A stretch of DNA of 64,000 nucleotides from the human T2T-CHM13v2.0 reference genome, Homo sapiens. The position numbers were made by a program, and so were the translations under genes. The notes below the pieces were generated by a model. It had not been told where the DNA came from, did not search any database, and saw only the letters and a list, made by a program, of their open reading frames with translations. The DNA lies in the NCBI RefSeq assembly GCF_009914755.1, contig NC_060925.1, one strand, 5' to 3'. This document shows positions 54,040 through 64,000 of this stretch, piece by piece; within the stretch, counting starts at the first letter, position 1; every line of letters begins with the position of its first letter.

Positions 54040-55225
54040 TTGCTAAAAGGTGGAAACAACTCAAATGTCCATCGATGGATAAATGGATAAATGTGGTACA
54101 GTGGTCCCCCCTTATCCTGGGGGGATACATTCCAGGATCCCCCAGTGGATACCTGAAACTGTGGATAGTACCGAACCCAACTGCTGTCAGTGGGAACACA
54201 TTTCTGTTCACATATTCCACCTACAATTTAACGCCTTTTCCAGCTTAACTAAACACTTACCAGTATTGTGGTCGTAACTTGCGGTTTGAGGTGTGACAGC
54301 AAAACTAGCACGAATTTCTTTTTTCCCTTCACAATTTCACAGATAGAAGATTCATTCCTAACTATAGATCTTAGCAGCCTCAGCATATCATTTTTTTTCT
54401 TTCCTGAAGCCGAGAATTTTCACCTTTTCACTTAAAGGAAGCACTTTATGGTTTCTCTTTGGTATATTTGAGTTGCCAGCATCACTACACTTGTGCTTTG
54501 GGGCCATTATTAAGTAAAATAAGGGTTACTTGAACACAAGCACTGCGATACTGGGGCAGACAACCTGGCAACAAAGATGGCTATTAAGTCACTACTGGGT
54601 GGAGAGTGTAGACAGAGTGGACACGATGGGCAAAGGGAGGGTTCATGCCCTTAGCAGGATTCAGCAAGATTTTATTATACCTCTCAGAACTACTCACAGT
54701 TCAAAAGGTATGAATTGTTTATTTCTGGAATTTTTCATTTAATATTTTTGTATTGCTGTTGACTGTGGGTAATTGAAACTAAGGAAAGTAAAATTGTGGA
54801 TAAGCAGGGATGGGCTACTATACATACAGATAATGGAATAGTATTCAGCCTTAAAAAGGAAGGAAATTCTGATATGTTTCTATGACATGGATGAACCCTG
54901 AAGACACTATGCTAAGAGAAATAAGCCAGTTACACAAAGATAAAAACTCTGTGATTCCACTTAGATGAGGCACTTATACGAGTAGTCAAATTCAAAGAGA
55001 CGAAAATTTGAATGGTGTCTGTCAGGGGCTGGGAGGTGAGGGGAATGAGGAGTTGTTTCATTGGTATGAACTTTCAGTATGGGAAGATATAAAAAGTCCT
55101 CTGGAGATGGATGGTGGTGTTTGTTGCATAATAATGTGAATATATTTAAAGCCAACAAACTGCGCCTGTAAAAATAGTTACAATGGTACATTTTATGTTA
55201 TGTATATTTTACCACAATCAAAAAT
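54040..55225 (+). mobile_element. L1MB 3' end (interrupted by MER44)
   Basis: aaaaggtggaaacaactcaaatgtccatc...atgtggTA | TAtacatacagataatggaatagtattcagccttaaaaaggaagg...tatattttaccacaat. Confidence 0.85.
54099..54819 (-). mobile_element. MER44 (Tigger7-derived) DNA transposon
   Basis: TA-cagtggtccccccttatcc...gaattgtttatttctggaatttttcatttaatattt...gtggataagc. Confidence 0.85.
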
Positions 55226-55690
55226 TGACAAGAAAGTCCCACAGACACTTCACTAGGCCAATCCAGTGTAACAGCTTGCATGACTATAATACATTATCAA
55301 AACCAGGGAACTGACATTGGTACAACCCAGACTCATTCAGACTTCACAAGTACTCGTGTGTGTGCGCGTGTGTGCGTGTGTATGTGTGTGTGTGTGTGTG
55401 TAGCTCTATGCAATTTTATCACCTGTGTGGCGCTGTTTCATCACAAGCCACTCTTTGTGCTGTCCTCTGTGGCCACACTTGCTCCTTCCTGACAACTAAC
55501 CTGTGCCTCATCTCTATAATTGTTTCACTTAAAAAATGTTACAAAATGAAGTCATACAGTATGTAACCTTTTGAGATAGGCTTTGTTCACCACATAACTG
55601 CCTCGAGATCCACCCACGTTGTTGCATGTATCAATAGTTTATTCCTTTTTATTGTTGGATAGGACTCAATGATATGGATGGAAATGTTTG
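55226..55690 (-). mobile_element. L1MC/MD 3' UTR (begins 53992-54040) containing (TG)n at 55355-55400
   Basis: caaaaccagggaactgacattggtacaa...tctatgcaattttatcac...catacagtatgtaaccttttgaga. Confidence 0.75.
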
Positions 55691-57280
55691 ATTATATTTT
55701 TACATCTACCATTAATAAATTCAATTTTCTGTCCACATTAAGACCATCGGTGAATGGACTTGATTCCAATGTGACCACTACAGGAATGGCGTCCAAGGGG
55801 CTCACCAGAGCATCCTAGCCTCCACCCACCCATGCAGGGGCTTTTGTCTGGGCCATAGGCTGTTTCATTGAAGAAATGGGTCCTACCGGGCCAGCTGTTC
55901 TGCCTACTGACTTTCAGCTGTGGGGACCACAGTGCATAGGCAGTAAGATAGACAGGAACACCTTCAGTAAACAGAGAAGGTACAGTCTCAACCCCCGGCT
56001 TGCCCAACCTCAGGGCTGAGACTCCAGCAGTGGCATCATGGGAACAGGCAGCTGGGGTTCCTTTAAGAAGGAAGGTAAACTCCAGCAACAGTTGTTTAAA
56101 AATATGATGCTTTCCAATTCTCAGAGGGGAGCTTTTATATTTCCACCACTCACTGTGGCCCAAACCTCACTGTGCTGGAATTTAGCTGTCCCCTTGACTG
56201 TTGACCCCAACACAGCATCAACTCCCAGCCCCGAGCCTCACAAAATGCCTGGCCCCCGTGAGCACACAATAAATGTTGCCGCAGGAGTTGGTGTTATTGA
56301 AGGAGAGAGGCGAGTCAAAGGGGCCTACAGAGGATGACCAACTCTAACAAGCAAGAGCTGCTTTCATTTCATTTTTAAAACCTGCTACCTTAGCTCTGGC
56401 AGGAGCCAGAGTACGAGAGAGGAGCAATAAAACCATCCCTTTCTTCCTCTCACTTCCAGCCCTGACTGCCCTCCCCTCATCCCTTCACACCCCAGATCTT
56501 CCTCCCAGACTCTAGGGAGAACTTTGTGTTCTGGGGAGGGTGGGGCTTCTTACTGAAGGGCAGGTGTCAGTGTAGGTGAATAAGCAGGTTGGGTGGGGGT
56601 TGGGTGAAGGTGAGGTCACTCAAGGGGACTCTTCGGCCACGTAGGAATGAAGGAACAAGATTGAAGTCACACCCCCCAAAAACCAACAGAGGTTCTTTGA
56701 GCCTTTTCCTCCAACTCTCCTTCACCACATCCATGCCTTAGCTTCCCAACCTTGGCCTCTTTGCTATGGGCAACCTGAATAGTTTGCATTTCTAGACAAA
56801 TAGGTGAAAGAAAAGAGCAGCCATAACCCAACATCCCTGTAACTGGCCCGGGGCCCCAGATCCTGGGACTTTCCCCAACAGCTGGATACTTCTTCCTCTG
56901 TGAAAGATAACAGGGATTGGCTGGAGCTAACCCAAAAAGCAAGCAGACATAGACACAGGCTCTTGGAAAAGACCAAATACTACTCAAACCCAGGGATTTG
57001 GTTTCCCCACCCCCAAGGACCCAGGAAGAGGTTGCTCACAGCTGGGTGAGGTGCAGCACTTTCCACAGGAATCATGGCCTGGCTCTTTCCAGGGTAGGGG
57101 AGGAGCAGGTGCCGCTCCTCTCTGGGCATGCGTGCCTCCTGGGTGTCCTTCATGGAGCTTACACAGTGTGCTTTACACAGAGGCTATGGCCTCTCTGGAA
57201 GAGTTAAGATCTTTCTATAGCTCTTGAGATGGAGTATTTAACACCAATAAAGGCTTTCACCACCTCCTCAAAGCTTTGAA

Positions 57281-57390
57281 CTGTTTTGTTTTTTAGAGAT
57301 GGGGTCTTGCTGTGTTGCTCAGACTGGTCTTGAACTCCTGGGTTCAAGCAATTTTCCTGCCTCAGCCTCCTGAGTAGCTGGGACTATAGT
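57281..57390 (-). mobile_element. FLAM/Alu monomer fragment
   Basis: tttagagatggggtcttgctgtgttgctcagactgg...gcctcctgagtagctgggactatag. Confidence 0.85.
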
Positions 57391-58019
57391 TGCCAGCCTG
57401 GGTTTCCATCTATATCTTAATAACCAGAGTTGCTGTGCACTGTATCTAGGATTTGGCTTACTTGGCAAACTCTATGTCATAAAATCAGTATTTCTTCAAT
57501 AAACTCAATATTTATTTACTATGATCTGGCAGCTGAAGTAGCCCAAACTTCTGACCTATATTCTGTAAGGTGGAAGAGTGGGCCTTTTAGTAGAAATCTC
57601 CAAGACCTAAGAATCTCTATTGAGACCCTGGGGTTAATGCAGGCTCCACCAAATCCAAGTGCTGGCTGGGAGACAGGAGTCAGCAGGATTTCACTGAGAT
57701 GGTCAATTTTTATCCAGAATAGGGCTATGCCTGCATTAATTTGTCACCAGTGGAATGAAAATACAAACCCGCTGAGTATGATAGTTTGATATGAGGAGTG
57801 GTCAGTTATATAGAAAATTTAAAACAGAAAGCCCATGAGAAGTTTGCCTTTGGAAATGCCCATTAACTCCTTCCTAACAGGGTGACAGAGAGCTGGTGCC
57901 ACCACAGGGAGTGTGCTTGTCAGAGCAGACCTCCTCCCCAGGTGGACACCATGACCCTTCACATCCTCCAGATCAAAGCTTCACTTTCCCCTGCTCACAG
58001 TGGCTTCTTGGACGACCAT

Positions 58020-58230
58020 GTCTAAACCAGACCCTGCCTGCTATTCTTGACCAGACAGAGAGAACAGCCTGAGTGAAGACTCTGAGGCAGGAGTGAGCAT
58101 GGCATTAGCAGGGCCTGGCAGAAGGCCAGGATGATGGCCACACTGAGTGCTGGGAAACACAGCACAAGATAAGCCTGGAGAATTGACAAGGGCCGGTCTG
58201 TGCAGAACCTGAGGGCCATGGCAAGAAGTC
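58020..58230 (-). mobile_element. L2 fragment
   Basis: agacagagagaacagcctgagtgaagactctgaggcaggagtgagcatggca. Confidence 0.6.
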
Positions 58231-58868
58231 TGCCTTTTCTCCCCATGTCCAGAGCAGGGAAGAAGGATTTGCAAGTTTCTCACACATGCCTTGGCTTAAG
58301 CAAAGCTTGCTGGCCTCCTTCAAGCCATAGCACAGGGTGGCGTTTGCCGTGCCTGACTCCCCAAGCTAGGCACTGGGAGTCCAAGTGAACCATCTGGAGG
58401 GGTCAACAGTGACGTGAGCAGATAAGCCACAGCACATTGAGCTAGAGGAGGAAAGAGGAATGTGCACATCCCTGCTTGGATGTGGGGGCAGGAGGGGGAG
58501 GGCTCCAGGAAACCTCGCACAGATTCTTTGGGCTGCCTAAATCCCGCTGCTCCATGTCTAGGTGGCTGAAGCGCCTCCTGGCCTGCCTCAACCCCTCCTC
58601 TGGCCTGTCCTGTTTACCAGCCCTGCCACCTGCCCACTCTAAGAGGCTCCACCCTTCCTTGGAACACGGAGTTCTCTGCCTCTGGACTCTGGGGAGGGTG
58701 AGATTGTTGAGGCAGGCGGGCGAGCATGAGAGGGAAGGAAGAGGGAGGGAGGTCAAAGATACAAGGTGAGCTGGAGAAGAAACGGACTGTTTTGAGGATT
58801 TCCCCTCACACATTCTGGCTCCTACCTCTGACCGAAAGCAAAGGGAGCAGCTTTTACCAATGGAATGA

Positions 58869-59200
58869 GGCCAGGGTGTGTTGGCTTACACCCATAATCC
58901 TAGCACTTTGGGGAGGCCAAGGTAAGAGGATCAGTTGAGCTCAGGAGTTCAAAACCAGCCTGGGCAAGATAGCGAGACCCCATCTCTACAAAATTTTTTT
59001 TTTAATTGGCAGGCATGGTGGCATGTGCCTGTGGTACTAGCTACTTGGAGGCTGAGGTTTGAGGATCTCTTGAGCCCAGGAGGTCAAGGCTACAGCAAGC
59101 CATGATCGTGACACTGCACTCTAGCCTGGGTGACAGAGTGAGACCCTGCCTCTAAATAAATTAAATCAATCAATCAATACCAATTAACTAACTAACCAAC
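58869..59200 (+). mobile_element. AluJ SINE with microsatellite-converted tail
   Basis: ggccagggtgtgttggcttacacccataatcctagc...gagcccaggaggtcaaggctacag; tail aatcaatc...aactaacc. Confidence 0.9.
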
Positions 59201-59332
59201 CTGTCTATCGGGGTCAGTCAGCTCTTATAGTCCCACCTGAATTCTGCTTTGCCTTCTCCTGCAACAGCAACGCCTTCGAAAGTGCTTACTGTGTGCTAGG
59301 CAGGCGTTGCACATGGACAGGGACTGGGAGTT

Positions 59333-59441
59333 CAGATGGCCAGCTGGCCTGCTGTCTGGGGACAGGGGGTTTCCCAGGACCTGAGACTTTCAGTACTAAA
59401 ACCAGGACAGTCCTGGGCAAGCTGGAACAGCTGGTCACCTG
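59333..59441. mobile_element. MER81 (hAT-Blackjack MITE)
   Basis: gggtttcccaggacctgagactttcagtactaaaaccaggacagtcctgggcaagctggaacagctggtcacc. Confidence 0.8.
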
Positions 59442-60132
59442 GTGGGAACTGAGCACCCATGGAGTCAGCAGAGAAGGAAGGCGGCACCACAGCATAGCTG
59501 GTGGTGGGAGCAAGCAGGAGTCTTTTCCTCCTTAGCACTGGAAGCGCCACTCTTGGCATTTACCTCCCTTCCTGAATGGAGCCCCACCTGTTTTTATGAG
59601 GCCTCCCCAGGCCAAGCCCTCAGGATGGGCAGGGGTGGGTTGAGACTGTGCTGTCTCTGCTGTTTGCTAAGGTTGTTCTCATGGTATCACGCTGCCAGAG
59701 ACTGTCCACTTGGCTCACATTGATGGAGGTCAGCTAAGGACAGGCTGATTAGCTGGCCCCTCAGGGCCTTTCTCTTGGTGACACAGCCTCTGGCTCAGAA
59801 CAAAGGCCCCTCATTTTGCTGAGGCACAGACTCTTGAACGTGAGAGTGCTGCCACCTGCTGGTCACAGCGCTGCTTCCAGAAGGGGAGCTGGAGCCTCAG
59901 GAGGGAGACTGGGCCATGAGCCCAGGTCTGTAGCCTCTCTGTGGGCCACAGCACCACCTCCCAGCATGCCCTGGGCCAGATAGCTGAAGAAAAGAAGCTG
60001 GGGACCCCCCTAACAGGTATGCCTTGAAGGGGACTGCAAGGCTCTCTCATGCCAGAACTCTCTCAGGCTGGCCATGGATTCCCAGAATTCCCAGCCAGCG
60101 TGGGCACTCTTAGCTATAATAGAACCCTCGGC

Positions 60133-60306
60133 CCAGTGGTGTGCTGGAGCTGCTGGGCAGGAGGCAATCATCAAATATTCAGGAAATTTACCAGCTGCAC
60201 TGGTCATGGTGGGAGTATTTACACCATGGAAATTGGCAAAGGCTACAGATTAAGAGTTTTCTCCACCCGTAACTCTTCCTCCAGTGGATTTATCAGTACA
60301 CCTTTG
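60133..60306 (+). mobile_element. MER63A (hAT-Blackjack)
   Basis: ccagtggtgtgctggagc...catggtgggagtatttacaccatggaaattggcaaa...cagtacacc. Confidence 0.8.
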
Positions 60307-60489
60307 CAAAACCTCTATCAAACTTAAAATGTTGTCACCTGAGAAGGGGCAAGTACCAGCCTGTTTGTAAAGGTTTCTCAGATAAAGCATCAAGTATGGA
60401 ATTGGCATCATAGAGAAGAAATACATTCTGATAAGAGGGAGATTGTGAGGAAGGAAATTTTGTTAAGCTCCCTAAGAACAACTAAGGTA

Positions 60490-60725
60490 ATAGTTAAGGG
60501 CTCTGCGATGAGAAACACATGGATTCAAGTAGCAGCTCTTCTACTTGCTAACTGAATGATGCTGGTCAAATTGCTTCATCTCTAGCTTCCAGTTTCCCTG
60601 TCTGCAAGTGGGGGTATTGGGAGTAGTTGCCTCATGTAGTTGTGAGGTGATGCGTTTGATGAATCTAAGTGCTTAGAACATTGCCAGGCAGAAAGCAAGT
60701 GCTCAATACATCTTAGATATTATCA
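60490..60725 (+). mobile_element. MIR
   Basis: cagtttccctgtctgcaagtgggg...gttgtgagg...aagtgcttagaaca...aagtgctcaata. Confidence 0.75.
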
Positions 60726-61517
60726 GATATTGATTAGAACCTCCACTTCAGCAGGCTTAAACTGATCTTGACATCTTCCTGGTAAAACCAGTTTCACCTC
60801 TAGATGTCTTTTACAGGGTTGGGGAATGAAGACTGGTTCTTCCATCCTCCCCGGCAGCTAACCTTTAACATCAGCCTCGGTTTGGGCTATTCATTTGTAC
60901 TTGTCCCCTACAGTTAGTATGTAAGAAAATGTATCCCCTATACTCTTAATATGATAAAGTACATCCTGAATGTAAAGTATCTAAGCAGTGAACACTTGCC
61001 AAACCAACCCAAAATATTTTGTGTAAATGAGTCACTGGCCAGTTAAGAGGTCAAGTATAGAAAGGGCAGGACTCAGATCCGATTCCAACTCCAAGACCTG
61101 AGTCATCCTCAGTTGTATTGCATCTGATTTAAAGGAAGATTATGTTAACAAGACACAAATTGAATAGAATTGGGGAAAATGGGAATCTGAGAGCAGTGCT
61201 CTTTCAGTGGAAAGAGACATGGGGCTTAGAGGACATGAGCTCCCCTCTCATGAGAGTGGAGGGCTTGGTTGTGCAGTAAAGAGAGTTGGTGAAGTTTCTA
61301 TAGAGCCTGATGGACTAAAGCCCAAGAACTGACCTGATGGACTTGCCCCATCCAAGACTCTGGTCACCCCTCAATCTTTGAATGAATACTTTGGCTTCTT
61401 GGGTGCTAAAATCCTTGGAAGATGTGTCCTTAGATGAGATACATATATTTCCATTGTTAAAAAGTTATAAATGAGTTTGCATTATACTCTTTTGACTTTT
61501 GTTATATGGACAAAGAT

Positions 61518-61932
61518 TAGGTTAGATTTGGTTGCATAAAACAGACAAAACAGTAGCATAAATAAAATGTACATTTATTTCTCTCCCATGTCAATGAAAT
61601 CCAGATGTTGGCAGCCTGGGACAAGTATGGCAACTCTACAGTCATCATCAGTCACTATCTTATAGCTCCATTATCTTCAACATGAGTTTTTGTCTAGTGG
61701 TTTAAGATGGTCACTGGAGCTCCATCCAGGCTGCTTTCTTGCCAACAAAAAAATCATATTTTCCCAAAGTCTGACAAATCACTGCCCAGGTGTACTCATG
61801 CAAACCCATTCTGATGCAAGAAAACTGAAAAATGTCTTTATTCCAACTAGGGGTAGGAGGCATTTGCCTAGCTAAAAATTAAGGATTCTATTTTTAATAA
61901 AGTAAGGTAGCTAGATATTGGTGGACAGCCCA
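61518..61932 (-). mobile_element. Old LTR (MLT1K/L- or LTR33-like)
   Basis: gttagatttggttgcataaaacagac...tttatttctctc...gatattggtggacagcc. Confidence 0.5.
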
Positions 61933-62099
61933 CAATCTCTACCAAAGTAGATCAATTTCCCTAAGCCTGCTCATTTTTGACATCAGAGAACTGCTGCACA
62001 ACAACCCCCAGGATAAACCACCCTGTGAGCCCAGGAAGAGAAGATGGCTGGATTCCCTCTCAACACTCTCCTGCCTCAGTGTGAATTTAATCCCCATAC

Positions 62100-62795
62100 C
62101 CCATAAGCCCCAGAGCCTCCATTCTGTTGCTGCTACAGCACCTGTCCAAAGTTCCCTCCTTTCCAATTTTGGTCTCATCACTAAACTTCAGACCTCCGTG
62201 ACCACTGGTCTGGACTTTTGCAATAATGCCCTCATTGTTCTTCTGCCTCTACTCACTCTCCAAGCCTTTCTGCTGATGGATTGCTCTTCCTGAGGCACAA
62301 GTCCCACCATGATATATCCCTGCTCAAGAATGTCCATGGTTTCCCATTTTCTGCCCTAAAGTCTAAATTCCTTAGAATCCTGAAGGCTTTCTATGACAAG
62401 GCCTTTCCCTGAATTCCTAAGCTCATCACTCTGAAGACACTTGGAGATCCAGCAAGTGCCACTCCTTAAATATGACTTGAACACTTCTGCCTCCATGCCT
62501 TCCTTCCTGCTCTTCTTTCTGCTTGGCATGCTCTTCCTTTGTCTCAGCCTGCCTAAATCCTACCCATCTCACAAAGCTCAGGACAAAGGCCTCCTCCCCC
62601 ATGAAGCTTTGCCCAAGCTAGAATGACCGTCACCCTCCTAAGTGTTGCCACAGGGCATTATGCTTCCATTCGGCTCACATTACAAGTATTTCTGTGTTCC
62701 CTACTAGAGTGGGGCTGGGCTATGCTTGCTTGCTCACAGCATCTCACATTAGTGCCTGCCATATCAGCAACATGCAATGAGCGTTGGTAGAACTG
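62100..62795 (+). mobile_element. L2 fragment
   Basis: ccctgctcaagaatgtccatggtttcccat...aaagtctaaattcctta...agtgcctgccatatcagc. Confidence 0.65.
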
Positions 62796-64000
62796 AATTG
62801 CAGAGTACAGCTGGGGCTCCGTGGAACAGAACCAGTTGGAAATAGGATGTGAATGAGAACAGCTCACAGAATGACCTGCTGTGCCTGCCAGAATTTGGAA
62901 AGTTGGGGTGACCACTGACACCACTCTGGGAGCAAGTATTCGGGTTCCACTTAAATATACAAATGTAGGCCCAGGACTTCCACCAAAATGAAGCCCCTTC
63001 TGGGCTTGTGTTTGAGGAGCTGTATAGGGTGATAGAGTGACACTGGTAAGGATTGCTGTCCTCTCTACTTTATTTTTTTTTTTAAGGTTCAAGATCTGAG
63101 TTGCCATAAAAATAAAAACCTTGGTGGGGGTGGGGGGGTGGAGGGATTTGAAAGAAAACTGTAAATTATCAAGAAAAATGATTCATTTCTCAGATGAAGA
63201 CCCTCAGTCCCAAGAAAAGCAAGGGTGAGTATGCCCAAGGTCACCCAGCCAGGGTGAAGGGTGGGACTTAGCCTGTCCCAATCCCAGTCTACTATTTTCT
63301 GCTCCACCACCATAGCTGCCCAGGGTGAAGACACCATCAGTTCTTAAGGTCACTTCTAATTTGGGGAAATAAAAGGTCTTGAAGGTTACACAGAGATTTG
63401 TGCACTGCTGATCTTAATTTTATGCTTGCCGTCATAAAACCAGTTTATGCTTATACAACTAAAGGGGGAAGACATGCATCCAATTCTCTCAGTTTCAGTT
63501 CTTTGTCTTTGCATCAGTTATTTAGATTTTTCCCTTCTCTGCTCATTATCACTTTTCCTGAGGAGGTAACAAAATGTCTTTTTCAATTTTCTTCTGGGAC
63601 TAATTCTCACTGGGATCACCCATTTTTTTCTCCAGTTTGCAACTGGCTAGATTTGATTGGAATAGATAAGGCCTCCGACCATAGGCTGTTGAAAGGCCCT
63701 TTGTTTGTGGATTACAAGCGGTCATTCAGTTTATCCCATTCATTATGCGACCCTACTTTTTTGAGTTGCAAGGTTAAGGCCTGGGGCAAAATGTTGATGG
63801 AAAGGAACATTAAGCACCAAGTAGTACCGTGTTTGTGTTCATTCCAATCCACATTCACCTCCCTTAACTGGTGAAGGTTATGACTACAGCCCACTCTCTA
63901 GTGACTCATTTCAGGAAAAGGACATGTGACAAGAACCTGTCTCACATGGGACTGCTTGCCAGGGGTGCCAGGACAGAGATGGCATTGTTCAGGAAAGATT

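Overview
Primate (almost certainly human) non-coding genomic DNA, either intergenic or deep intronic. It is CpG-depleted with no CpG island, and I find no credible protein-coding exon. The ORF track consists of chance ORFs, low-complexity translations and L1/Alu remnants. Much of the window is interspersed repeat: about a dozen Alus, many MIR/L2 relics, a ~10 kb ancient antisense L1MC carrying nested insertions, Tigger/MER DNA transposons, MaLR LTRs and one Y3 RNA retropseudogene. I see no new gene system. The most unusual structures visible directly in the sequence are: (1) a ~2.6 kb AT-rich 30-32 bp VNTR bracketed by a 17-bp direct repeat, suggesting it grew out of a retroposed tail; (2) a 156-bp, ~98% identical copy of a unique sequence 3.1 kb downstream, pasted into a Tigger3b with a repair-like junction, plus a fold-back inversion in the same element; (3) a CpG-retaining 72-nt dyad/hairpin in unique DNA; (4) a few candidate non-coding splice signals. 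Repeat subfamily names come from my recall of consensus sequences, not from a RepeatMasker run, and boundaries of old repeats are approximate.
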